Assembly: GCA_965112735.1 (NCBI GenBank)
Contig: OZ218953.1
Location: forward strand, 1,674,001-1,738,000
DNA: 64,000 nt
From: Phaeosaccion multiseriatum
Taxonomy: Eukaryota > Protista > Ochrophyta, other classes
Direction of reading: 5' to 3'
Part shown: positions 37,395 through 50,598 of the stretch, one piece after another
How positions within the stretch are numbered: the stretch's first letter is position 1
Layout of the letters: each line of letters opens with the position of its first letter
Notes under the pieces: generated by a model
Databases searched by the model: none
What the model saw: the letters and a program-made list of their open reading frames with translations, nothing else
Told to the model about the DNA's origin: nothing
Made by a program: the position numbers and the translations under genes

Positions 37395-39112
37395 CCTACC
37401 TGTCTGTATGTTTGCCTACTCATACGCATGTATGCCTCGCTGAGTACGCCTCCTCCTCCTCCTCCTCCTCCTCCTCCTCCTCCTCCTCCTCCTCCTCCTC
37501 CTCCTCCTGTGCTCCTCCTCCTCCTCCTCCTCTCCTCCTCCTCCTCCTCCTCCAGCCGTGGGCGGAGCTGACCAATGCTTACCTGCACATCGATGGTATG
37601 CCTGAGATGGGCATCGAACGCAACCCCGAGAGGGCCTTCGACCTGCTCTCCTCCGCCCGTGCGAGAGGCATCACAGAGGTCAGAGGCATCGTGCAGTATC
37701 CATGATAGGATTCAGATGACGGTCTCTAAACAGCTGAAACACCAGCTGAAACTCAACTACGAGTGTTGTTTCTTACTTGCGTTGCTCTCTCACTCTCTCC
37801 CTCCCTCTCTCTCCCTCTCTCTCTACCAATACACCTCCTGCACGCCCTCCCCTCCCTTTTTATTTTTCAATCTTTGCTACATGACGCACACATGTGTTTG
37901 CTCTTCTTCTTTATATAGGCTAACACGTACCTAGCCTGGATGCACGAGACCGGCATTGGCGCAGAGGTGAACCGCGTCATCAGTCGCTCGCTGTATGAAG
38001 AAGCCGCCGCCCATGGAGACCCACAGGCCATGGCCAAGCTTGCCACCATCATCATCTATGACGATCATCAAGTGCAGCCGGCGTCCAAGGCTAACAAGGA
38101 GGACTATCGGCGGGTAGGTCTGGAGTGGGGCGGGGGTGGGGGTGGGGGTGGGGGTGGGTGGTTACCTTTATCCTAACTTCTTACCTTCTTACCTTCTTCC
38201 ACTTCGCTTATTTTGTTCCTTTCCGTCAACAACATTGCTCGCTTGGCTTCGGTGGCAGGCTTTCGACCTCTTGACCGAGGCAGTTAAGGCAGGGTTCCTC
38301 CCCGCTCACCAGACCCTGGGCATTGTGTGGAGGTGAGTAAGTGCGCAGGAAGGGAAGGGAAGGGAGGAGAAGGGAGGAGAAGAGGCTGTGGTATGGGAAG
38401 CGGCAGTGGGTTGAGCCCTCGCTGTTGACGCACGGAGGAAGAGGTGTGGCTGGTGGTGAGTGCGGTGTCATGCACGCCTGCCTGCGATTGATCATCGTCC
38501 ATCCCCTCCCCTCCCCTCCTTCCTTCTTTTCTCACCCCGCCCTTCCCCAACACACCCACTTACGTACGTACCTACTTACGTACCTATTTAGATACGGTCT
38601 GATGGGCGGTCTCTCCAACTTCACCAAAGCCCTCGAGCACTTCAATGCTGCTGCAGACGCCGGAGTGAACGGGGCTCTGCTGGAGCTGTCGGAGATGCAT
38701 AGACAGGGCATGGGCACGCAGCCTTCCTGCCGCACGGCCGTTTCGTTTCTGAAACGCTTTTGTGATGATATGATTGACAAGATCGACCTACAGTCCGCCA
38801 AGAGCTTCCACGAGAGCGGCAATGTGAGAGTGAAGAGAGAGAGAGAGGGAGGGAGAGGGAGAGGGAGGGAGAGGGAGGGAGAGAGAGAGAGAGTTGAGAG
38901 AGAGTGAGAGAGAAGGAGGGGGGTGAGGGGGGGGAGGAGGGGTGATGCCTTCTTACGGCCGGAAGGACATTGAGGCCGAACGGATGCGCCGCCTCTACCC
39001 CCTGCGTGGCCGACCATTCCGATCGATATTCCTCCCCATCTCATGTGCTCATGTGATAACGTCCTCCTGACACCCCCTGTCCTGAAACCCTGTTTGACAC
39101 CTTCTGTCCTGA

Positions 39113-39176
<64 letters not shown>

Positions 39177-39716
39177 CTCTTTCCTGACACCCTATTCTGT
39201 CCTGACTCTCTCTCTCTCTCTCTGTGTGTCCGAACAACCTCCGTCCTGATACCCTGTGCTGACCCCTTCTGTCCTGACACCCTATGCTGACCCCTTCTGT
39301 CCTGACACCCGGTCTTTTTTTCCTCCGCAGAACCCGGCGGCGTTCTTTTCCTATCTCCGCGCGGCTGAGGAGGGGAGCAAGGACGGGGCCGCAAGTGGTG
39401 AGTGAGTGAGTGCGTGAGTGCGTGAGAGAGTGAGTGAGTGAGTGAGATAGTGGGTTTGTGAGTGAGTGAGTGAGTGAGTGAGTGAGTGAGTGAGTGAGTG
39501 AGTTAGTGATTGAGTGAGTGAGTGAGTGAGCTCCTTCCTCCTTCCCTTTCTTTTCTTTCTGATGAGCGACTCCTTCCCCCCCCCCCTCGTTCTCTTGGCA
39601 GTGGTGTGGCTGCTAGAGGCTGAGATAGCAGCAGCGAGCACAGGAGGCTGGGACGGCAGCAGCAGTCGAGGGAAGGGAGAAGGGGCAGCAGCAACAGCAG
39701 AAGAGACAGACGGGGG

Positions 39717-39749
<33 letters not shown>

Positions 39750-41641
39750 GGCAGAAGGTGGTGATACAGCGGCAGGGACGCCTTCCCCTCTGTGGAGGAT
39801 GCTCAAGTCTGCAGGCTGGGACCTCAAGGCGAAGGCGCATGCGTACCAGGTATGTTTTGTCTAACGTTCTCAATGTAATCACGGTGGTAGTTAACGGAAT
39901 TTATGGAGGGCAGTTAACTTATGCGCCACCCCTCTCGTTCGTACGCCCCTGCCCCGCGCCGCTGGTCTTAATCCTCTTTTGTTTGTCCTTTCTAACCCCC
40001 CCCCCCCCTCGGCTGTCCTTGTGACCCCATCCGTCGCACCAACACGCCAACATGTAATGGCAGGTGATGGGTGCTGAGGACGGAGATGCTGATGCAAAAT
40101 GCGCCCTCGGGGATAAGGAATACGTGCGATGGTAGGTGGGAACGGGGAGCGGTTTTATTGACTTATAGGAATCAACCTAAGAACGGGGAAGGGGGAAGGG
40201 GAATGGGAGGGGAAGTGGGCACACACGAGGGGAGAAGAGGGGCGAGACGAGACCAATGGAAAAGGGAAGGCGAAGGGGAAGGGCTCCTCCTCCTGCTCCT
40301 CCTCCTGCTGTATCACTCACCATCGAACTGCCGCTGCTGCTGCTGACGCTGTATCACCAACAGGCGATCCCTCAAGGATTCTCACCCCCCCCAGGCTGCG
40401 CTTGCTCTGGCGGCAGCTACTCGTCTTTACTCCCAAGCGGCCCTTGCCCCCCTCTATCCATCCTCCCGCTGCAAATACAACCTGGCCTACCTCAATCAAT
40501 GGGTGAGTGAGTGAGTGAGTGAGTGAGTGAGTGAGTGAGGCGGTGCGTGAGTGGATGGGTGAGTGAGTGAGTGAGTGAATGAGTGAGTGAGTGAGTCAAA
40601 GAGTGAGTGGGTGGGTGGGTGGGTGAGTGAGGGAGTGAGTGAGTGAGTGGGTGATTGCATACGTGTATGTGTGTGCGCGTTCATGCTTCCTTCCAATCTA
40701 GCCGCTTACACACGGGCCATACGCACGCACGCACGCACACACACACACAGGGCATTGGAGTGGAGAGGAACGTCACGGAGGCGCGTCGTCTCTACGTTGA
40801 CGCCAACTCTTCTCCTGCCACACTCGCGCTGTGGGCTATGGAAGCGATGCTTCTCTGGGAGGAGCTCAGGTGGGTTGCAGGGTGGGCATCGTAGCAGGGA
40901 CGACGCAATCATCTTTTTTCTCTGAAGTCGCCTCTAGTGTGTGTTGTGTGTAGTGTTGTTCTTTCGGCTGCCTTCCTTCGTTCATCAGGCGGTGATGTGA
41001 TGGTACGGCGGTACAGCAGTTGGTGACATAGTCGGTACAGGGCGCCGGTAGCTCGCTTCCTCGTCTCACTGCCCTGTCTGTAAGTCAAGTGATGTAAACC
41101 GTAGTACTACCTGCCTACCTACCTACCTACCTATCCACGTATCTGCCTACCTACCTACCTACCTACCTACCTACCTACCTACCTATCTACCGCATACCAC
41201 AGGGGGGCCTTGCTGTGCGCCTTCACTCTCGTACTCGCCGTGCTCGTGGCGAACGTGATCAAGGCCAGAGCGAAGGCCAGCAGAGCACGAAGCAGAGCAC
41301 ATGCAAGAGAAGGGGAAGAAGAGCAAACAAGGGCGGCAGAGGCGGCAGCAGAGGTTGACGCGGCTCAGAACCACCAGCACCAGTCATATCGGCAGCAGCA
41401 GGAGCAGCAGGAGCGTGCAGAGTCCTCGGCTTCAGAGGGTAGACAAGAGGGAGGAGCATTACAAGGAAGGGGCGAGGTTGCTACTGCTGACAGGGACGGG
41501 GAAGGGGAAGAGAGACACGAGTGGGGGTCCGACAACGACAGCGGCAGCGAAGGGAGCGAAGGGAGCAGCGTCGTCTTCGTGGAGCGAGAGGGACAGGAGG
41601 GAGGAGGGCAGGGAGACGCGGGACAGCAGCAGCAGCAGTAG
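33687..41641 (+). CDS. SEL1L/Hrd3-like ERAD component: signal peptide, VHL-beta-like domain, SEL1 repeats, C-terminal TM
   Basis: Signal WTSLLLGLQFLLWAGAVAA; SEL1 repeats (GIERNPERAFDLL, HETGIGAEVNRVISRSLYEEAAAHGDPQAMAKLA, KALEHFNAAADAG); Hrd3/SEL1L-like GMGTQPSCRTAVSFLK..YLRAAEEG..AVWLLE; TM ALLCAFTLVLAVLVANVI near the C-terminus. Confidence 0.8.
39064..39311. repeat. Degenerate ctgtcctgacaccc minisatellite in SEL1 intron
   Basis: Several ctgtcctga(c/t)accc units interleaved with (CT)n. Confidence 0.7.
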
Positions 41642-42285
41642 CAGCCACAGGGAGGAGGTATCTCGGCGGGGAGGCCGAGGGATAGACAGACAGGCGCCCC
41701 CCCGCCCTTAAGTAGGCAGCCCCCGACGCAACCCCCCCCCCCCCCCCCAACTTGCCCCCCCCGGGCCTCCACGTCAGCATCAGGAGGAAGGGGGGAGAGT
41801 TCTATGCCCTTCTTCTCTCCGCCCTCTGATGAGAGCCAGAGAGAGAGAGAGACAAGCGCTGTTCCCTGTCATCAGATTGTTTTATACTTTCAAAACTTCT
41901 GTTGTACTGTAAAAAAAAAAGGATGGGGTGTATTTTTTTGCATCTCCCCCCTCTGATAACATGTACCTCCTATTAAAAGAAAAAAGAGATTTGAGTTGTT
42001 GCAGGAGAGGGCTGAGTCACCCTCCAATCCACCCCCCTTTCAGCGGACAAACCACTCACCATCCCCATCAGCATGAGCATGAGCATGAGCATGCCCGAAA
42101 GAGCACAGGGCAAACACTCCCAAGGACCGATCGGAGAGAGAGAGAGAGAGAGAGAGGAGAGGAAGAGAGACATCTTCGTCGACGTTCGACGCGTCAAGCT
42201 TCTACGCACACGGCACTTGTTTCTTCCGCACACCGCCCCCGACTTCCTCCGCCCCATTCCTCTACAGTCCTGTACTTGCTGTCTC

Positions 42286-42410
42286 TTGTCCTGACACCCT
42301 CTGTCCTGACACCCTCTGTCCTCATATCCTCTGTCCTGACATCCTCTGTCCTGACATCCTCTGTCCTCATATCCTCTGTCCTGACACCCTCTGTCCTGCC
42401 ACCCTCTGTT
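42286..42410. repeat. 15-bp tandem minisatellite (ctgtcctgacaccct) x8 just past the U1-70K stop
   Basis: Eight units with minor variants. Confidence 0.9.
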
Positions 42411-42414
42411 CTCC

Positions 42415-43083
42415 TCAGCGGCGGCTGTACTTGCTGTCTCTGTAGCTGTCCCTCCCTCTGTCCCTGTCCCTCGAACTCGACCTGTCCCGCTTCCTATCTC
42501 TCGTCCGCTCCCTACTGTCCCCTCTCCTTCCTCTGTCGTCACTGCCTCTCCCACCTCCTCCATACACTCGGTCGTCTCGATCCCGCCCCCCACCACCGCC
42601 CCCCCTGTCCCCCCCGTCGTCCCTCCTACTACTTCCGTAGTGTCCGTCTGTGGTTCCCCTGTCGCCACCCCCATAAAAGTCCGGCGGCGGCAAATCGGCC
42701 TTCTTGGGCTTATCCTTCCTCGTGTTGCCAAGCCCCCCTCCCAGCCGCCTCGGTCTCCAGCTCTTGACGGTCCTGCCCCTCTCCACATCCACCATCACCC
42801 GCTTGCCGTCGATCTTCCTTCCATCGGCGGATTTGTACGCGGTGCGCATATCCTGAGGGGTCATTTTGAGTGGAGTGGAGTGGGGTGGGGTGGGGTGGGG
42901 TGGGAAGGATTTGAGTGAATGAGTGTGGAAGCGTGGAGTGAATAAGCGAGTGGAGTGAAGACAATGGAGTGGAGTGCATGAAGGTAGGGCGTCGGGCGTG
43001 AGAAGAAGAAAGAAAACAGTATGGAGCAGGAACGGATATAGAGTCGGTAGCAGCGCAACTGCAAGAGAGAGGTAGAGATAGAG

Positions 43084-43156
<73 letters not shown>

Positions 43157-44242
43157 GAGATGGGGAGGGAGAGAGCAGGGGGGACGGGGCAGGAGGGATA
43201 AACAACCGAAGGCAGGCAAGGCAGACCGCTTGTGATTGCAAGAGAAACACAGCACCCACAACAGTACTGCACACATTGCTTCTCTGGCTCTCCCTACGCC
43301 ACACTCACAGATTCGTTCTCGAACTCAATAAAGGCATACCCTCTCGGATTGCCCTCTTCATCCTCCACCACCCGCAGCGACTTGACCGGGCCATAAGTCT
43401 CAAACTCGCGCCTCAGCTTCTTGTCCGTCGTGTCGTGACTGAGGCGAGCTACAAAGAGGGTGTTGAAGGCATCCCCTCTGTCCCCCCCGTCCGGGTTCCA
43501 GGCCTTGATTTTCTCCTCCAGGGCGGCGTCGTTGGCTGCCATCCTCTCCTTCTTGACTCTCGCCCGTCGCTCCAAGGGCGTCTCATAGGGGGGTGGAAGA
43601 GGCGGGGTCTCCTTCTCGAATAACTCGCTCAGGGGCAGGGCTGTAACCCCAGTCATTGTCTGGGTTTGAGGGGGGAGGGAGGGGGGGGGGGAGTGGGGAA
43701 GGGCACGACATGAATGAAGAAATGGTTAGGGCACGTTCAAAGGGCGCGCGGGGAGGAGGAGAGGAGAGAGAATTATGCCACCAGTGACTAGAGCGGTCCC
43801 AGGTGGAAGCAAGCGGTTCTGCTCCGTATCGCTGTTGTACTCGGTAGCTCTCGGCCACTCTATTCTTGTCGTCAGACCCTTCCATCACTCACCACAGACT
43901 TCTTTTTGGGAATGGGTCTTCGGAAGTCGAGGGCCGGGCGCGGGTCGAAAAGCGCCTTAAGCTCTGTGGGAAGACACGATCATGGAAGGGTATCATAAGT
44001 CACAGGAGCAAACAATACTACACCTTTGGATATGGAGCTGCAGCAGCACAGCAGTAGCAGCCAGCAGAACAGAACGTAGTCAAATGTTAGTGGGAGTATT
44101 CGCTGCACAGCCCCCACCTTATCCCCTTTCTCCTCTTTCTCTCTCCTCTTTCTCACTCACCGGGCGGAAGGGTGGCAATCGCAGGCATGTTATCTCTGCC
44201 CGACATCTGCCCCCGAGGGGTCATTTGCCGACCCCGCGACAT
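42415..44242 (-). CDS. SNRNP70: U1 snRNP 70 kDa protein
   Basis: [15 protein letters not shown]-terminus; [37 protein letters not shown] (RRM); [34 protein letters not shown]; RD/RS-rich tail. Confidence 0.96.
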
Positions 44243-44433
44243 GGCTCCCGCTCCTTTCCCTCCTCTTCTACGCCCTGGGGAGTCTCACTGATCCCTATTA
44301 TATCCTTTGGTATCCTTGTTGTCTTGTTTGGGCTGGCGCGCCCGGCTGAGCCCCCCCCCCCAGAAACTGGCACTCAGACTGAATTTCGTGTGGGTTCCTT
44401 GGTCATTGTTGTTCAACAATAAACACGCTGACA

Positions 44434-47400
44434 ATGACAATGACGATGGCCAGATGGTGTGCACTGAGCAGTGTCTCTGCCGTGGCGGTGCTGCTGGGGA
44501 GCAGCTTCGAGGCTTCTGCCTTCATGCCTTCGGTAGTGCAGCCCTTGGCCGGGCAGGGAGGTGACAGGGCGGGCGGGAGGACAGGTAGATCGTATGCCAG
44601 AGGGGCCGGGCCCATGCGAATGTCGTCTCAGGAGGAAGAGCCCCAGACGCGCCGCGATGTAGTTGCACCCATGTTCGAAGACCAGTGTGACCTGACGGGC
44701 ATCACTCTCTCGCGCTTCATGTGAGTGGAGAGAACCAACAAGACTCAAAGGAGCCGCCTACTTTGTCGCCCTGCCTCCTTATCTTCCTATTATTGCTGCT
44801 GCTACTGCTGATGCTACTGCTACTGCTGCTGCTGCTGGTGGTACTACAGAGAAGCGAGAGAGAGAGAGTGAGAATGGTGTTTACTATCGCTAATTTGCCA
44901 GCCCCGTCGTCCTATACCCCTTCCCACTCATCCAAACTCCAGGGTGGAGGCAGTAGCGGCGAACCCCCATCTACACGAGCTGGACTCCATCATTCTCTCC
45001 GTACAGGTCAGTCATCAGCATTAGCCACGTCCCATTCTCATTCATTTATCATGTCTGGCTGAGTAAAGTCAAAGAGCACGTGAGACAACACAAGAGGGAG
45101 AGTAAAGAGAGGGGCGCCGACTGGAACTACGCTCTTTATGGTCCTGCAGCTGTGGTACAAGTATTGACTCCTCCCCCTTCCAACCCCCTTCCCTCTCCCT
45201 CTCTCTGTCCTCTCCCCCCTTGTATACCCCACAGACCGCATGCAAGACCATTGCCTCCGTCGTAGACCGAGCCCCTCTCTCGGGCCTCCTCGGGCTCGAG
45301 TCCGGCGGCGGCTCCATCAATGTGCAGGGAGAGGAGCAGAAGAAGCTCGACCTCGTCACCAACGATATACTCAAGAAGGCTCTCAAGTACTCGGGAAAGG
45401 TGGGCACCCTGGCCTCAGGTAAGCAAGTGTAGAAGTCAATGGGTAGGTGGATGGAAGGATGGGTGCGTGGGTGCGTGGGTGCGTGGGTGCGTGGGTGCGT
45501 GCGTGGGTGAGTGGGTTGGTGGGTGGGTGGGTGGGTGGGTGCAGATCGAGAGGAGAGAGGAATGAGTGGGTGTGTTCAGTGGATCCATCGGTTCATGTGT
45601 AGGTGCAGGTACACGGGTAGGTGGGGGCTGTAGGCATATGGGCGTAGAGATGGATACATCAGCCTGTAACAGTCAGGGGAAGCCTATGTTCCCTCCCCGT
45701 CATGCCTGTGTACTGACGCGCCCTCTCCTCTACCTCTTGGTGCCTTTCTTCCTCCCCTACTTCCTTCCTTCCTTCCTTCCCTCCTTCCTTTCTTTGTTGC
45801 CCAAACAAACAAACAAAAACAGAGGAGGAGGACGAGCCGGAGGACATGAGCGATGTCAACATTCAGGACAAGTACAGGGACGTGGGCCTCAAGACCACTT
45901 CCTTCAACAAGGACGTCATCATGGAGGAGGTAGGTGGATGCCAGCGTGAGTGCGTGTGCGTGCGTGTGCGTGCGTGGGCGTGTACCGAAGTGTCTTCTTC
46001 CTTAATGCTCTTGTCGTCCTTCATCTTGGTGTTGTTGTTCTTGCTGCATCTTCCCCTCACCCCTCATATGCCTCTAATCCATCCAAGACTGCGGGCAAGT
46101 ACGTGGCGGTCTTTGATCCATTGGACGGGAGGTAAGCAAAGCAACGGACATCACACACACACGTTACCAAGATAAGAGAAGGAGGGGAGGGAGGGGTGCA
46201 TCAGGCGGGCTGGGCACGGGAGCGTGTTTGTTTTGTTCAGTGAAGTTCATCATTTTAGAGTGTCGCCTCTATCCCCCCCCCCCTCTCTCTCTGTCTCTCT
46301 CTCCCGCTCTTCCTGCGTCTACGGATCTATCTCTCATCTCTCCACCCCCCCCCCCCCCGCTCTCTCCCTCTCTCCCTCACCCCCTTTCTCTCTCCCTCCC
46401 TCTCTCTGTCCCTCCCTCCCCCCCCCCTATGGATCTATGACTTGCTCTGTCCTACCCCCCCCCCCCTCTCCCTCCCTCTCTCTCTCTGCCCCCCCAGCTC
46501 CAATGTAGACGCAGGCATCCCCACGGGCACCATCTTCGGAATCTTTGACGAGGACAAGAAGGCCGCAGAGGAGTGCAAGATCGGTAAGTCATTCATTCAG
46601 TATGTCAGTGACTATGTCAGTATGTCAGTCAGTCAATCAGTGACTTAGTTAGGGAGGGAGAGGACAAGAAGGCAGCAGAGGAGTGCAAGATCGGTAAGTC
46701 ATTCATTCAGTATGTCAGTGACTATGTCAGTATGTCAGTGACTATGTCAGTATGTCAGTCAGTCAATCAGTGACTTAGTTAGGGAGGGAGAGGACAAGAA
46801 GGCCGCAGAGGAGTGCAAGATCGGAAAGTCATTCATTCAGTATGTCAGTGACTATGTCAGTATGTCAGTGACTATGTCAGTATGTCAGTCAGTCAATCAG
46901 TGACTTAGTTAGGGAGGGAGAGGACAAGAAGGCCGCAGAGGAGTGCAAGATCGGTAAGTCATTCATTCAGTATGTCAGTGACTATGTCAGTATGTCAGTC
47001 AGTCAATCAGTGACTTAGTTAGGGAGGGAGAGGACAAGAAAGGACAAGAAGGCCGGAAGTCAGTGAAGGGGTGAGTGGTTTGTGATTGAGTGGGTGAGTG
47101 AGTGAGGGAAAAGGGAGGGAGGGAGTGCGTGAGTGAGTGAGTCAGGGAGGGAGTAAGTGCTTACGTGCGCATGGACGCGTGCGTGTATAGAAAGATGGAA
47201 GGAAAGAATCACGTCCTTTCCCGCCCCCCTTGCGCAAAGTCTTCCAACACTCAACACCCAACCCCCTCCTCTCCCGCCCCTCTGCCTCCCCCCTTCTCCC
47301 CTCCCCTCCCCTCCCCTCCTCCCCCGCCCCTCTCCCTCCCCCTTTCCCCCCCCCCCCTCCCCTCACCTCCTCCCCCTCTCCCTCACCCCTTCCCCCCCCG

Positions 47401-47747
47401 CCCCTCTCCCTCCCCTCCCCTCCCCCACTACACAGACCAGGACGGAGACGTGTCTTGCCTAGCCCAGACCCTTCAGCCCGGCTCCTCCCTGGTGGCCGCC
47501 GGGTACTGCCTCTACAGCAGCTCCGTCTTCTTCACACTCACCATTGGCAATGGCGTCAATGTGTTTACACTGGATAGGCAAATTGGAGAGTTTGTGTTGA
47601 CCAACGCCAATATTCAAATCCCCAAGAGGGGCAAGATTTACTCCTTCAACGAAGGTAACAAGATGACAGAGGAAGATTGAGACACGGGCCTATGTGTATG
47701 ATGGATGCAGTAGGGAAGCAAGCAAAGTGGCAAAGGCCTTGCGATGA

Positions 47748-47781
<34 letters not shown>

Positions 47782-49034
47782 GGTGGTGGCCCTGTCCCCG
47801 AAGTCACGACGTTTCGTCCCTTTACCCTGTTGCCCCGAACAGCCAACCGCTGGACATGGGACAAGCCCCTGGCCGAGTACGTGACTGCGATCCAGACGGG
47901 TGCAGGCGAGACGAAGCAGCAATACGCCGCCAGGTACATCGGCTCCATGGTCGGGGACGTACACCGCACTCTGCTCTACGGAGGTACGTTGGTTGCATTG
48001 GGGGGGGGGGGGGGGTGGAGAGAGGAGCCTGCTGCCATTGACGTACGATTAGTAGCAGCAGCAACAGCAGCAGTTGGTGATACCCCCCTCACTCACCCAC
48101 GTACCCACCGTAACCACCAGCTACCAACCCTTCCCTACCTGCCCCTTTACAACAACAGGAATCTTCGGCTACCCCGCTACCACCAAGAACCCGGACGGCA
48201 AGCTCCGACTCTTGTACGAGGCGGCGCCCATGTCCTTCCTCGTGGAGCAGGCGGGGGGCACCTCCCTCACCGGCAAGAACCGCATCATGGACATCAGCCC
48301 CACTGTGAGTGCCAGTTTGAGCTGCAGTTTGAGTTGCAGTTTTATCGCATCTAATCCAAGTGTGATCCTCCATCCCTTCTTCTCGTGCGTTCCTGTCTTC
48401 TATTGCCATTGCATCCTCCTCTTCTCACGTCCCCCACCCCCCCCTCCCCTCCTCTCTTCTCCTCTCCTCTCCCCTCCCCTCCCCCCCTCCCCTCCCCTCT
48501 TCTCCCCTCCTCTCCCCCGCCCCCCTCTCTCCTCTCCCCTCCCCTCCCCCCCTCCCCTCCCCTCCTCTCCCCCGCCCCCCTCTCTCCTCTCCCCTCCTCA
48601 CCCCCTGCCCTCCCCTCCCCTCCCCTCCCCTCCCTTCCTCTCATCCCACCATCCACTGCCATCTAACCTCAGAGCGTGCACCAGCGAGTGCCCTGCATCA
48701 TGGGCAGCACAGAGGACGTCATGGAGGCACGCAAGTACTACGAGGTGAGAGGGGGAGAGGATGGCAGTGGAAGGGAAGGGATGGGATGGCAATGGAAGGG
48801 ACAGACAGACCGGCTCTGCCTCTCGTTTCTCTCCCTCCCTCTCTCTCCCTCTCGAGCGAGAAGCGCCCCGTCATGCGCTTCCCTCTCCATGGAAGGAAGC
48901 TTGTTCTCACCATTTGTTGTGCCGTCTACTGCCATCCACTATCATCTCCTCCTTCCGTGCAGGCGTCCGATGACCCGGAGCTCATTGCCCGGTGCCTCAA
49001 GCGTATGTCGAAGACCGCCAAGGCCACCGCCTGA
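44434..49034 (+). CDS. FBP: Plastid fructose-1,6-bisphosphatase (class I)
   Basis: Leader with EASAF motif; ACKTIAS; [11 protein letters not shown]; ASEEED; [26 protein letters not shown]; redox loop [17 protein letters not shown]; [18 protein letters not shown]; [21 protein letters not shown]. Confidence 0.96.
46551..47056 (+). repeat. 110/130-bp tandem repeat (4+ units) spanning an FBPase exon end and 5' splice site
   Basis: Units start at 46551, 46661, 46791, 46921 and 47031 (partial). They differ by one 20-bp tatgtcagtgactatgtcag subunit. Confidence 0.95.
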
Positions 49035-49800
49035 GTACTTACATCATATGGAAATATGCCAGGCGCCACAGCTACCCCGCCTCTTTACGATGGATTGCTT
49101 TTTACTCCTGTCCCTTTGCACGGGAAGGGAGGGAGAGAGGACGAAGGGAGGGAGATAAGAGAGGGAGATAGAGAGAGATAGAGAGAGAGTGAGAGAGATA
49201 GAAGAGAGGGAGAGAAACTTACTTTTGTTTGAGTTCTTTTAGTTTACTCACGCCCGAAGTGTGGTACCGTACAAGTTTTACACCTAGATACAGTACATGC
49301 CCTAAAACCAACATACGGAGTCTGAAAATTGCAGGGTATGGAGCAAGCTCGCCGTCTGCTGCTGTATATGTGAGAGCAGTGTGTGTCAGGTGTGGGTGCC
49401 CGCACCGCCCAGGGTGGAGAGAGGGGCGGGGGCGGCAGAGGGGAGAGAAAATGGTGGCCCATGGCACAGTTTGAGTTTCATTCTGAAGTTTGTTGACCCC
49501 CTGACCAAATGTGAGGGTAATCAGCTTGGAGGCTTGGCCCTCAACACGCCGCCCCTGTCAGGGTCTCCCTACACCCTATACCCTATACCCTATACCCTAT
49601 ACCCTCTATGTGCACCCCTCCTCCCTCTCTCCTGCTTTCGGTGATACCCCATACAATGTACATACCCTACCCTACCCTACCCTACCCTACGCTCCTCCTC
49701 CTCCTCCTCCTCCTCCTCCTCCTCCTCCTCCTCCTCCTCCTCCTCCTCCTCCTCCTCCTCCTCCTCCTCCTCCTCCTCCTCCTCATGCACACAGTATGTT

Positions 49801-50062
49801 TCAAAGTCTCTGCAGCAGGTGTGATGAGGTGATGGTCACTCAGCCAGCCAGGCAGTGCCATCCACTGCCCTCCACTACCATCCACTGTCATCCTCTACCG
49901 CCCACTGCCATTCACTACCATCGAGGCCACAGAGACGCTCCCCTTGACGGCGTAGAGGCCCACGAGATGGTCACATTTGGCGTGCATCTCGGGGCGGTGA
50001 GACACCACTGCCAGTAGTGGGGAGTCGCACACACACACACACACACACGCACACACACACAC

Positions 50063-50095
<33 letters not shown>

Positions 50096-50548
50096 CAGCG
50101 GGAGGGGAGATGGTGGTATATAGTCAAGAGATGGGCAGTAAGTCTTGAGTAAGTGGTAGGACGAAGGAAGGCACTGAATGGCGCGCTGTCACGCACGACC
50201 GAGGAAAGAAACACATCTGCTTTCATCGTCACTCACTCACTCACTCACTCACTCACTCACTCACCGAGGATCTGCGCGGAGGTGGAGCCGAGCCTGCTGG
50301 CCGTGCTGCCGCCCTCCTCTCCTGCTGCTGCCCCTGCTGCCCCTGCTGCCCCTGCTGCCCCTGCTGCCCCTGCTGCCCCTGCTGCCCCTGCTGCCCCTGA
50401 TGCGCAGCAGCGAATGAGCTCCGCAGCCAGGCTCGAGTTGCGCGTGTCCAAGGCCGCATCGACCTCGTCAAAGATGAACAAGGGAAGCCTGGACACGCAC
50501 TGCAGAGCCACGAGGAGCGACAGCCCGCACATCGCTTGTTGCCCCTGT

Positions 50549-50598
<50 letters not shown>

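Noticed and set aside
46551-47056. CRISPR-like array
   Set aside because: The spacers are identical, the context is a eukaryotic intron, and there are no cas genes. It is a tandem duplication.
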